The notes beneath the pieces are model-generated. The model was given only the letters and a program-made list of their open reading frames with translations, made no database searches and was not told the DNA's origin. The translations under genes were made by a program, and so were the position numbers. Of a DNA stretch of 64,000 nt, positions 9,223 through 18,422 are shown one piece after another; positions within the stretch are counted from its first letter, which is position 1, and every line of letters starts with the position of its first letter. Source of the DNA: an uncultured Ilyomonas sp. (GTDB lineage: Bacteria; Bacteroidota; Bacteroidia; Chitinophagales; Chitinophagaceae); contig CAXUDB010000002.1 in assembly GCA_964249755.1 (NCBI GenBank), positions 548,267 to 612,266 on the forward strand, given 5' to 3'.

Positions 9223-9803
9223 AACGTATTGGTTTTATTCTGTTACTGATCGGTTTTGTTTCCTGTTCGTCACCACATTATACTCATCCGCATGTACTGA
9301 TAGAAACCAGTGCCGGTGATATTGAAGTGGAAATTTATACAGATAAAGCTCCAAAAACAGGAGCAGCTTTTCTCCATAATATTGATTCCGGTTATTACCG
9401 GCGCGCTTCTTTCTACCGCATTTTAAACGACGACAACCAGCCTTCCGATGCTCCCAAAAGCGAGCTGATACAGGGCGGCATCTGGAAGACCGATTATAAA
9501 AAGTCAATGTCAGTGCCGGGAATCCCGCACGAGACCACGCAGCAAACCGGTATTCATCACTTGAATGGAACTTTATCTATGGCTCGGCTGAAACCGGGCA
9601 CTGCCAATACAGAATTCTTTATTTGTATTGGTGATCAGCCAGGCTTTGATTTTGGCGGTGTAAACAATCCCGACGGTCAGGGCTATGCCGCATTTGGGAA
9701 AGTGGTGAAAGGGATGAATGTGGTGAGAACGATTTATAACCGCCCGGAAAATGATCAGAACTTTACGCCGCCAGTTGCTATTCAGAAGATGAAAAGATTA
9801 TAG
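9219..9803 (+). CDS. Cyclophilin-type peptidyl-prolyl isomerase (lipoprotein)
   Basis: 'KAPKT', 'LIQGG', 'LSMAR', 'EFFI', 'GYAAFGKVVKGM'; lipobox VSC. Confidence 0.88.
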   Translation: MKRIGFILLLIGFVSCSSPHYTHPHVLIETSAGDIEVEIYTDKAPKTGAAFLHNIDSGYYRRASFYRILNDDNQPSDAPKSELIQGGIWKTDYKKSMSVPGIPHETTQQTGIHHLNGTLSMARLKPGTANTEFFICIGDQPGFDFGGVNNPDGQGYAAFGKVVKGMNVVRTIYNRPENDQNFTPPVAIQKMKRL

Positions 9804-9917
9804 ACTTTGGCCGGCTTTGAATGTGGTTAGTGACATCCGTATTGTCATTGCTTTTTACACCAGAAATCATTCACATTTCTTAAGCTTTGTTGCATTTGTG
9901 CTGATGATAAGAATGAG

Positions 9918-10685
9918 CTAAGCAAACAACGTCTCAGCCACCGCTATACTTTCCGGCTTGCCTACATCTACAAATAAGTAATCATCGTGCGAAAAGCCTT
10001 GGATGGCCTGCGTTGCAGCCAGTTGGAGATAAACATCAATCATAGAAAATTTGCCGTTGAAACCCTTTTGCAACAGCGGAAATAAAGTGTGATGAATGAT
10101 ATGGATACCGCTGAAGGCACGTTCTGTATAGTGGTCGGATGGCTTTGCCATTTTTACTTCGCCGGTATTGATATTGCGCCAGCCGCAGAGTTCGTTCTCT
10201 TCTGTAAAAAGCAGATAGCGCGATGTGCTTCTGTTGCTCACGGCCAAGGTGGCCAATGGCTGGTTGTGAAGATGTTCTTCTATCATTTTGCCTAAGGGCA
10301 GGTTGGTAAGCACATCTGCATTCATCAATACAATGTCATCCTCGCCTTCAAAATATGGCGAGGCAAACAGCAGACCTCCGCCGGTTTCCAATACTTCTTT
10401 TTCATAAGACAGAGTTACCTCGCTGCCCCAACCCTTATTTACCGTTACCGCTTTTTCTATTTGCTCTGCAAAATGATGTGTGTTCACCACTACTTCCCTT
10501 ATGCCATGTGCCTGCAGATATTCAATATTACGTTGTAACAAACTCTTGCCGTTTACCATTGCCAATGCCTTAGGATGCTGGTCGGTAAAGGGTTTCAGGC
10601 GTGTACCCAGGCCGGCTGCCAGTATCATGGCTTTGCGGATATGTCGTACCGAGCTGTCCTTATTGGATGGATTGGATGCCTGCAT
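9918..10685 (-). CDS. Nucleotidyltransferase, MurU-like (MurNAc-1-P uridylyltransferase)
   Basis: 'AMILAAGLGTRLKPFT..PKAL', 'LETGGG', 'DVGKPE'; coupled to the AmgK-like kinase. Confidence 0.82.
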   Translation of the reverse strand: MQASNPSNKDSSVRHIRKAMILAAGLGTRLKPFTDQHPKALAMVNGKSLLQRNIEYLQAHGIREVVVNTHHFAEQIEKAVTVNKGWGSEVTLSYEKEVLETGGGLLFASPYFEGEDDIVLMNADVLTNLPLGKMIEEHLHNQPLATLAVSNRSTSRYLLFTEENELCGWRNINTGEVKMAKPSDHYTERAFSGIHIIHHTLFPLLQKGFNGKFSMIDVYLQLAATQAIQGFSHDDYLFVDVGKPESIAVAETLFA

Positions 10686-12186
10686 TTTTTCTTTGTTGAC
10701 GGGTAGTGCTTCGGCGTTTAGGAAGTTCTTCTTTCTTGGTTATCTCTTTCACCCAATTGGTTTGATTGTAATGAATCACCTCTGCTTTTACTTTATACTT
10801 GTTGCGTAAATGTCTTGCTGTTTGCTCAGCAGCATATACGCTCCTGTGTTGACCTCCGGTACAGCCAAAGGCTATCGAAAGATGATCGAAGCCGCGCTGA
10901 ATATAGTCTTCCACCGAAATGTCAACGAGGTTATAAACACTGTTTAAAAACTCGTTCATTTTGGTTTTTTCTTCTAAAAAAGTTTGCACGTTTTTATCCA
11001 GACCACTACTGCATTTAAACTCGTCATATCTGCCCGGGTTCAACAGTCCCCGGCAATCGAACACAAAGCCGCCGCCATGCCCGGATGTGTCTTTAGGCAA
11101 CCCTTTTTTATAAGAAAAACTATAAATGGTTACTACCAGCGGTGTGTTTTCATTTGCCTGTATATTTTCAAACCGGTTGATGATATCATCGCTTACAATC
11201 AAATTTAAAATACGGGCAAATTCAAGTGTATTTTCATTCATCCGCGGATGCTGATCTATAAAGCTTTTGAGATTTTTTAAGGCGAGCGGAATACTGGTTA
11301 AAAAATGGGCTTTGCGTTCAAACAAGCCACGAAAGCCATAAGCGCCCAGCACCTGCAGCAACCGCAGCAAAACGTAGCCATAATATTGTTTAGTAAATAA
11401 ATCTCTGTCTAATGGTTGCGGCAACAACTTATCGGCTTCATCCATGTAATGCTGCAATAAACTTGCTTTCCATTCATGGCTCAATTCAGCTTTTGCCTGC
11501 CAAAGTAAAGAAGCAACATCGTATTGCAATGCACCACGCATTCCACCTTGGTAATCTATAAAGCAAAGTTTGTTATCCTTTACAATAATGTTGCGGCTCT
11601 GGAAGTCGCGGAACATAAAATACTGGTTGCCCTGATTGGCTAAGAAACCGCTGATGGCTTCAAATTCATTCAGCAACGCCTGCTTGTCATAAGGCAGCTT
11701 CAGTGTATCAAGGAAATAGTATTTGCAATACAGCAGATCGCTCATTATTGCCTGCCTGCCAAACTCTTTGGCGGTAAGACATAAATTATAATCAAGACCT
11801 ACATCGCCCAATATCTGAAGCTTGGCCAATTGCGTTAAGCTGGTTTGAAACAGTTGATAAACAGATTCATCATATCCCTGTTCTACCAGTGCATCAAGTA
11901 AAGAAACGGTGCCGGCATCTTCCTGTATATACAATGTCACCTCTTCATTCACCGCAAAAACCTGGGGAACCGGCAATCCCTTCTGTTTAAAATGTTGAGT
12001 AAACGAAAGAAATGTTTTGTTCTCCTGAACGTTTGCATTGCTGGTGGCAATAAATGTTTTGCCAGCCGTGAAAATCCGGTAGTAGGTTCTGTCGCTTCCG
12101 CTTTGCGGCAGGCGCACAATTTTCTCTATCGTTTCCTGACTGATGGTGGCAAATAAGTCGGTGATTTGTGTTTCTGCAGAGGTCAT
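10660..12186 (-). CDS. AmgK/APH-like phosphotransferase fused to a RapZ C-terminal domain
   Basis: 'SGSDRTYYR', 'RDFQSRN', 'IDYQG'; C-terminal 'GGGFVFDCR..NPGR', 'GCTGGQHRSVY'. Confidence 0.88.
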   Translation of the reverse strand: MTSAETQITDLFATISQETIEKIVRLPQSGSDRTYYRIFTAGKTFIATSNANVQENKTFLSFTQHFKQKGLPVPQVFAVNEEVTLYIQEDAGTVSLLDALVEQGYDESVYQLFQTSLTQLAKLQILGDVGLDYNLCLTAKEFGRQAIMSDLLYCKYYFLDTLKLPYDKQALLNEFEAISGFLANQGNQYFMFRDFQSRNIIVKDNKLCFIDYQGGMRGALQYDVASLLWQAKAELSHEWKASLLQHYMDEADKLLPQPLDRDLFTKQYYGYVLLRLLQVLGAYGFRGLFERKAHFLTSIPLALKNLKSFIDQHPRMNENTLEFARILNLIVSDDIINRFENIQANENTPLVVTIYSFSYKKGLPKDTSGHGGGFVFDCRGLLNPGRYDEFKCSSGLDKNVQTFLEEKTKMNEFLNSVYNLVDISVEDYIQRGFDHLSIAFGCTGGQHRSVYAAEQTARHLRNKYKVKAEVIHYNQTNWVKEITKKEELPKRRSTTRQQRKNAGIQSIQ

Positions 12187-12297
12187 AGCAAATCATTAAA
12201 GGACGGTAAAAATAGGTTAGTTTTCGGGTTAATCTTCTTTCAAAATCAAAAGCTGTTAAACCTCTTTTCTTTCCTTGCTTCATCTTTCGGCACGCTT

Positions 12298-12305
12298 TAT
12301 TTTTG
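12298..12305 (+). promoter_or_regulatory. -7 element upstream of trhO
   Basis: TATTTTTG. Confidence 0.45.
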
Positions 12306-12396
12306 CGACTTACATTTTGTTCTGCCCCTAACGGAATCTATTGGTAAACATAGAACATTGTGCTGCTGTCAGCTTGATGTATGAAATGAAAGTAAC

Positions 12397-13428
12397 ATGG
12401 CAATTTTACACAACCGCATTAGCAGCGAAGAACTGAAGCAGCGCCTGCTTCAAGAGACGGAAAAGCGCACTACGCTTAGCTTCTACCGGTATTTCGACAT
12501 TCAAAATCCGTTAGAGTTTCGCAATTTTCTTTACAAAGAATTGGATGAGCTTTCTGTTTTTGGCCGCATTTACATTGCAAACGAAGGCATCAATGCGCAG
12601 GTGAGTGTGCCCGAGAAAAACTACGAAGCTTTTCATCATTTTTTAGAATCGGTAAACGGGTTGCAAAACCTGCGGTTGAATGTTGCAGTGGACGATGATG
12701 GCAAATCGTTCTGGGTGTTAAAAATTAAAGTGCGCGATAAGATTGTAGCTGATGGTATTGCCGACGAAACATTCAGCATGAATAACAAGGGACGGTATGT
12801 AAATGCTGCAGAGATGAATGACTACCTACAGCAACCCGGCACAGTAGTAATTGACATGCGCAATCACTACGAATATGAAGTGGGGCATTTTCAAAACGCT
12901 CTGGAAGTGCCGTCCGATACATTCCGGGATCAGCTACCAATGGCGGTTGATATGCTGAAAGGCAAAGAAGAAAATAATATCATTATGTATTGCACCGGTG
13001 GCATCCGTTGCGAGAAAGCAAGTGCATATCTTTTGCACAACGGTTTTCAAAATGTATATCACTTGGAAGGTGGCATTATTAATTATGCAAAAGAGATAAA
13101 AGAACAGGGCTTGAAAAGCGGGTTCATTGGTAAAAATTTTGTGTTCGACAACCGGCTGGGCGAACGGATTACAGAAGATGTAATAGCGCATTGCCATCAA
13201 TGCGGAAAGCCTTGCGATACACACATCAACTGTAAGAATAATGGCTGCCACCTGCTGTTTATTCAATGCGATGATTGTGCAACAAAATATGACGACTGTT
13301 GCAGTGCTGAATGTAAAGAAACTATCCATTTGCCTTTGGAGAGGCAGGCTGAAATAAGAAAAGGAATTGACAAGGGAAGAAACGTGTTTAATAAATCAAA
13401 ATTCAGGTTACGCCCGAAGTTAGGGTAA
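12397..13428 (+). CDS. trhO: tRNA uridine(34) hydroxylase / rhodanese-related (YceA)
   Basis: '[13 protein letters not shown]', '[13 protein letters not shown]', '[12 protein letters not shown]', 'FVFDNR', Cys-rich C-terminus. Confidence 0.88.
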   Translation: MAILHNRISSEELKQRLLQETEKRTTLSFYRYFDIQNPLEFRNFLYKELDELSVFGRIYIANEGINAQVSVPEKNYEAFHHFLESVNGLQNLRLNVAVDDDGKSFWVLKIKVRDKIVADGIADETFSMNNKGRYVNAAEMNDYLQQPGTVVIDMRNHYEYEVGHFQNALEVPSDTFRDQLPMAVDMLKGKEENNIIMYCTGGIRCEKASAYLLHNGFQNVYHLEGGIINYAKEIKEQGLKSGFIGKNFVFDNRLGERITEDVIAHCHQCGKPCDTHINCKNNGCHLLFIQCDDCATKYDDCCSAECKETIHLPLERQAEIRKGIDKGRNVFNKSKFRLRPKLG

Positions 13429-13488
13429 TAAAAAGGCGGTATCTGTGCGAATACAAAGCTGGCTTGTCATAACTTTCCCCTTTATGAA

Positions 13489-14922
13489 TTACCACAAAGG
13501 CTTCGACTGATAATAATCTAATATTTTACTACGCAGAATGTAATCGTACTGCGCAGAGATAAGATTCGTTTTGGCGCGGTCAAGATTAGTCTTTATTACC
13601 AGGAATTCAACCGATGTCAGTACGCCGCTTTCAAATTTTATCCCTGCCTCGCGAAAAGATTCACCAAAATCTTCTACCTGCCGCGTGAGCGTCTGATAAC
13701 GCTGATATGCAGAAGTGTTATTCACGTAAGCTTGCTCGATATTTTGCCGAAGTTGCGTTTTCGTAGTCTTCTGCAGAAAGTCAGTTTCTTCGGCTGTAAT
13801 CTGCGCCTGCTTAATGCGGTTGCGCGTTTGCAATCCGTTCAGGAGGGGAATGGTTACGCCAAGGTTAAAATATGAATTGAAGTTGTTTTTCCATTGATCG
13901 CCATACGTAATTTTTGAACTGGAAAACACTGGCGATGGAGCATACACCGGCACTTTTTGATTGTTGACGACTACATAATTATCGCCCGGTACGTCACTTG
14001 ATGAAACGAACTGCTGTAGAGTAGCTGTACTTGAGTAGTTGGTGCCCAAACCGCCATTCAAACTCAACCTTGGATACAGCAAACCTTTGGCTGCCTTTAC
14101 GCTTCGAAGCGCACTCCGGTAATGGTATTCCGCTGCCTTCACCACTGCAAGGTTTTTTTCTGCTGATGCGTAGATGTCATTGGGTGTGCCCTGATAAGAA
14201 GAAGCTGTGTTAATACCGGTTCGTTCCAGCACTACATCTTCGCGGTAGGGTATATTCATCAACTGCGCCAGGCTCACTTTAGAGCTTTCCAATGCATTTT
14301 TTGTGGTGATGATGTTCAATTCATCGGTGGCTAATTGTCCTTTTAAATCATATAGCGCAGATGGTGCAATGGCGCCCTCATTGTTCAGGATAGTTAATCT
14401 TTCCACTTGTTTGCGGCTTACCGCGGCTTGCTGCTCTGCGAGGGTTAACTGATCCTGGTTGCTCAAAACAGAGAGGTAGGCAAGAATTACATTGATTGTT
14501 ACAATATCCCGCTGCTGCTGCGCATCCAGCTTGCCCGCTTCCCAGTTGAGTTTGTATTGCTTAATGCCGTTTTCGATGCTTAAGCCGTTGAACAAAGTGA
14601 GCGAGCCATCCAGTGAATAGTTGGCAAAGTTTACACTCTGGTTAATGTAGGTATTGGTGTATGGGTTGATGTTACGTCCTTGGTTGCTGCCATGATAGAC
14701 CGCGCCGCTTACATACGGCAACTGCTGACCTCTGGCTAATTGCAGGCTGGCTTTGTCCGATTCCGCAGAATAGTCACTCCGCTTTACATCTACGTTATTT
14801 GTGATGGCGGTTTCCACGCATTCTTTCAGCGACAGCATTACGGCAGTTGCCGTCGAATCCTGTGCCGTTGCGCTTGCCGACGCCATCGCTATAATCACAA
14901 AAAATAACAATAACTTCTTCAT
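13489..14922 (-). CDS. TolC family outer membrane protein
   Basis: Signal peptide, 'LSLKECVETAITNN', 'LYPRLSL', 'LDYYQ' OEP repeats. Confidence 0.88.
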   Translation of the reverse strand: MKKLLLFFVIIAMASASATAQDSTATAVMLSLKECVETAITNNVDVKRSDYSAESDKASLQLARGQQLPYVSGAVYHGSNQGRNINPYTNTYINQSVNFANYSLDGSLTLFNGLSIENGIKQYKLNWEAGKLDAQQQRDIVTINVILAYLSVLSNQDQLTLAEQQAAVSRKQVERLTILNNEGAIAPSALYDLKGQLATDELNIITTKNALESSKVSLAQLMNIPYREDVVLERTGINTASSYQGTPNDIYASAEKNLAVVKAAEYHYRSALRSVKAAKGLLYPRLSLNGGLGTNYSSTATLQQFVSSSDVPGDNYVVVNNQKVPVYAPSPVFSSSKITYGDQWKNNFNSYFNLGVTIPLLNGLQTRNRIKQAQITAEETDFLQKTTKTQLRQNIEQAYVNNTSAYQRYQTLTRQVEDFGESFREAGIKFESGVLTSVEFLVIKTNLDRAKTNLISAQYDYILRSKILDYYQSKPLW

Positions 14923-14952
14923 CTCTTCCGTGTTCGTTTGTGGTTGCTTTGT

Positions 14953-15654
14953 TTATAATGAAGCAGCAGGGTCAGCCATTTCAATTTTTTCTATCCTGCC
15001 ATCCATCAGGTGAATGATGCGGTTGCCGTAAGCTGCATTTTTTTCGCTATGCGTTACCTGAATGATGGTTACACCTTCTTCGGCATTCAGCTTTTTGAAT
15101 AAATCCATAATATCCTCGCCCTGCTTTGAATTCAGGTTACCCGTCGGTTCATCCGCCAGTATTAGTTTTGGGTTGGCCACCAATGCCCTTGCAATGCCCA
15201 CCAATTGTTGCTGACCACCTGAAAGTTGCGTAGGAAACAGGTCTTTTTTGCCTACAATATTAAAGCGGTCCAAAATATCGGAGACAATAGCTTTTCGTTC
15301 TGACGATTTTAAATTTTGATAGATGAGTGGTGTTTCGATATTTTCGAAAACAGTCAGTTCGTCTATTAAATGATAAGCCTGAAACACAAAACCGATATGC
15401 GATTTATAAAGCTGTGAACGTTGTTTTTCTTTTAAAGAAAATACATCCTGGTCGCCGAAAAAATATTTGCCTTCCGATGGCTCATCCAGCATACCGATGA
15501 TGTTTAAAAGGCTCGATTTTCCCGAGCCGGATGGACCCATAATGGAAATGAACTCACCTTCTCTTACGCTAAGCGTGATGTCTTTTAAAATGAAGGTGCG
15601 GTTGCCACCAATGGTAATCCATTTGGAGAGATGCTGTATGTCTATTAAAGCCAT
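14953..15654 (-). CDS. ABC transporter ATP-binding protein (MacB/LolD-like)
   Basis: Walker A GPSGSGKS, LSGGQ, 'ADEPTGNL', H-loop 'VTH'. Confidence 0.92.
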   Translation of the reverse strand: MALIDIQHLSKWITIGGNRTFILKDITLSVREGEFISIMGPSGSGKSSLLNIIGMLDEPSEGKYFFGDQDVFSLKEKQRSQLYKSHIGFVFQAYHLIDELTVFENIETPLIYQNLKSSERKAIVSDILDRFNIVGKKDLFPTQLSGGQQQLVGIARALVANPKLILADEPTGNLNSKQGEDIMDLFKKLNAEEGVTIIQVTHSEKNAAYGNRIIHLMDGRIEKIEMADPAASL

Positions 15655-15684
15655 GATGATGAATATTTAATTGCTGCAAAGTAA

Positions 15685-15700
15685 CCAACGGTTGTGCCAA
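15685..15700 (-). promoter_or_regulatory. Sigma-54-like -24/-12 motif upstream of the ABC ATPase
   Basis: Minus strand TTGGCAC-AACCG-TTGG vs consensus TGGCAC-N5-TTGC (one mismatch). Confidence 0.4.
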
Positions 15701-15751
15701 GGTGCGAAACCCTTTGCCCTATTGGGTTTCAGCCTTGTATAGCCATTCCTC

Positions 15752-15767
15752 TGTACGAAAGCGGACA
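15752..15767. promoter_or_regulatory. Palindromic TGT-N10-ACA operator/UAS
   Basis: tgtacgaaagcggaca, followed by a partial copy tgtacggatttgaatg at 15773-15788. Confidence 0.45.
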
Positions 15768-15869
15768 CCTGTTGTACGGATTTGAATGGGTAAGAATGAG
15801 CAATGAATTAGGCAGGTTGAAAAAATGTTTTTATTATTGGGTGAAACAGACAGTACACAGAAGAACAGA

Positions 15870-16862
15870 ATGAACATAGGAAACATAAAACTGCCCGACT
15901 TTTCCTTGCTGCTCGCACCGATGGAAGATGTGAGCGACCCACCTTTTCGCGCCGTGTGCAAAGCCAACGGTGCCGATTTGATGTACACAGAATTCATCAG
16001 TAGCGAAGGGCTGATACGTGATGCCATTAAAAGCCGGCAGAAGCTGGACATCTATGAAGAAGAACGGCCCATCGGCATACAGATATTTGGCGGCGATGAA
16101 GAAGCAATGGCAATGAGTGCCCGTATTGTGGAAGCGGTCAATCCCGATCTGGTGGATATTAACTTCGGCTGCCCCGTAAAGAAGGTAGTGTGCAAAGGCG
16201 CTGGCGCTGCGGTATTAAAAGATATTGACCTGATGGTGCGGCTTACCAAAGCAGTGGTGCAAAGCACAACCAAGCCGGTAACGGTAAAAACACGTTTGGG
16301 TTGGGATGAGGATTCAAAGAACATTGAAGAGGTGGCTGAGCGCTTGCAGGATACGGGTATTCAGGCACTTGCTATACACGGGCGCACCCGCGCGCAGATG
16401 TATAAAGGCGAAGCTGACTGGAAGTTGATAGCAGCCGTGAAAAACAATCCGCGCATCTGCATTCCTATCTTCGGTAACGGCGATATAGACAGCCCGCAAA
16501 AAGCGCTGGAATATAAGAACCGTTATGGCATAGATGGTATTATGATTGGACGTGCTGCCATTGGTTATCCCTGGATTTTTAATGAGATTAAACACTATTT
16601 TCAAACCGGCGAAGTTCTTGCTCCGCCTACCATTCAGCAAAGGGTAGAAGTGATCCGGCAGCATTTGTATAAATCAGCAGAATGGAAAGGTGAAGTGCTT
16701 GGCGTTCTGGAGATGCGTCGCCATTATACTAATTATCTGAAGGGCTTCCCCAATATTAAAGAGTTCCGGCAGAAGCTGGTGAATCTATCATCGCTATCGC
16801 TTATTAATGAAGTGTTGGATGAACTGGAATATCATTATTCAGGAGCAGAAATGACATTATGA
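15870..16862 (+). CDS. dusB: tRNA-dihydrouridine synthase
   Basis: 'LAPMEDV', 'NFGCP', 'KTRLGW', 'HGRT', 'GNGDI', 'IGRAA'; start moved to ATG 15870. Confidence 0.9.
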   Translation: MNIGNIKLPDFSLLLAPMEDVSDPPFRAVCKANGADLMYTEFISSEGLIRDAIKSRQKLDIYEEERPIGIQIFGGDEEAMAMSARIVEAVNPDLVDINFGCPVKKVVCKGAGAAVLKDIDLMVRLTKAVVQSTTKPVTVKTRLGWDEDSKNIEEVAERLQDTGIQALAIHGRTRAQMYKGEADWKLIAAVKNNPRICIPIFGNGDIDSPQKALEYKNRYGIDGIMIGRAAIGYPWIFNEIKHYFQTGEVLAPPTIQQRVEVIRQHLYKSAEWKGEVLGVLEMRRHYTNYLKGFPNIKEFRQKLVNLSSLSLINEVLDELEYHYSGAEMTL

Positions 16863-16935
16863 AGAAGCGGCTGAATCGTTTTATAAAGAATTATATAGCG
16901 CCATAATTTTTGCCGGAAAGCAAGACTGCAACGCA

Positions 16936-17682
16936 TTATTGATTTGCAACTGAACTGATATAGACCGGGTCATCAGGTTTTGTAACATCATACAACCGGA
17001 TGCCATCGCTGACATAGCAAATCAAAAGATTATCATATACAATTGCATCTTTAAAGTCGGCTTCCGCTATTGTTTTCTTTATCGTTTGTTGTTTTACATC
17101 AGTCGCGTCTATAACACTTAATCCTTCTTCACCACGGCACACATATACCATCTTTCCATTCAGCGCCAGCCCGCCGGGTGTTGACAGCTCCAGGGTAGAG
17201 ATTAAAACCGGTTTAGTAAGGTCGAGTACATCGTAGGTGTATAAGCCATCGGTAACAGGTCCGCAGGGCGTGCCGCCTTTAAGGGTTACAAATGCGAAAG
17301 AATCATTGGCTACCACCGGGTCGCAGCTTCTGAGATGTTGAGCCTGACCCAGCAGCTTAGGTTTTGCCGGATCGGTCAATGAATAGATGAACATGCCGGT
17401 AGAAGAACCAAGAAACAGGTTGTTGTCATACGAAAAAATGGTCTCGATATTCCAGGATACATACACCGGATCTTTTGCAACCGGTGCGCCGTTATGAGTA
17501 ATATCAAACACTTCTATATTGCCATTACTGGCTACATAAAGGTAATTGTTCACGATCACAAACCGGGCTAATGAACCACCCGTTCCAACCGTACTGCCAT
17601 CGCTACTGTTAGTGCTGTTGCTGTCTTTTGAACAGGCAAAGAGGCAAATTAAAAAGAAAAAAATAAAAATCGCTGGTTTCAT
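16936..17682 (-). CDS. LVIVD-repeat lipoprotein
   Basis: Lipobox 'FAC', 'GTGGSLARF.IVNNYLYV', repeated 'DVTKPD/SLTDPAKP' units. Confidence 0.75.
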   Translation of the reverse strand: MKPAIFIFFFLICLFACSKDSNSTNSSDGSTVGTGGSLARFVIVNNYLYVASNGNIEVFDITHNGAPVAKDPVYVSWNIETIFSYDNNLFLGSSTGMFIYSLTDPAKPKLLGQAQHLRSCDPVVANDSFAFVTLKGGTPCGPVTDGLYTYDVLDLTKPVLISTLELSTPGGLALNGKMVYVCRGEEGLSVIDATDVKQQTIKKTIAEADFKDAIVYDNLLICYVSDGIRLYDVTKPDDPVYISSVANQ

Positions 17683-17685
17683 AAG

Positions 17686-18261
17686 TTATGGTTTATAGCA
17701 GTAAGACACAACTGAATCTTTTACCCATTTTACAATCACTGAATCGGAATAGAACTTTGCACATTCATAATAACCCGATGAGTCGGGCTGCTCCCAGCTA
17801 TGTGGCATACCGGAATCGCCATAGAACACATTGCGGGTACGACTGGTGATGGTTGGTTTTGTGAGATCGGAAATGTTGATCGAAATGAGATCGTAATAAT
17901 TGTTCGTGTAAAGTATATTTCCTTTGATAGAAATTTCTTCGCAGCCCGGCACTTCTATGAAACCAATGCGGTGCGCCGTTGATGGATTGGTATTGTCGGT
18001 GATGTGAATTCCCTTGCCAACTTCACATTGATAAATCAAGTTGTCTTTTACATAAATTTTGCCTGCGTTCACTACAGGTCTTGCGTCATCATAAGCGATA
18101 GTACGGTACGAGGTATCCAAAGCATACACCGGTTTCCAGGCCCATCTTTTGGGTTCTGTGTATTCGGTGTAGGGTTTATTAAAGAAGCCCCAGCAGGACG
18201 ATAAGCTGCAAACGAAGAAGATAAGTAATGCAGTCAACAGGGAGTGTAAAAGATGTTTCAT
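17686..18261 (-). CDS. Hypothetical lipoprotein with LVIVD-like repeats
   Basis: Lipobox 'SSC', 'AGKIYVKDNLIY..E.GKGIHI.DN.NP'. Confidence 0.7.
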   Translation of the reverse strand: MKHLLHSLLTALLIFFVCSLSSCWGFFNKPYTEYTEPKRWAWKPVYALDTSYRTIAYDDARPVVNAGKIYVKDNLIYQCEVGKGIHITDNTNPSTAHRIGFIEVPGCEEISIKGNILYTNNYYDLISINISDLTKPTITSRTRNVFYGDSGMPHSWEQPDSSGYYECAKFYSDSVIVKWVKDSVVSYCYKP

Positions 18262-18422
18262 ACAGAGAGCGATGTTTGCGTTAGAGGCGGGTTTCCCTGC
18301 GCATGATGCCTGTTGCTGTAAATAAAATTTTAGGTTGTTTTCTTGAATAGACGGTTCTTACCATCTGTTAAGCTGTAAGCACTTAATTTAGTGCCTTCAT
18401 CATACCACACAAAACATAGCTT

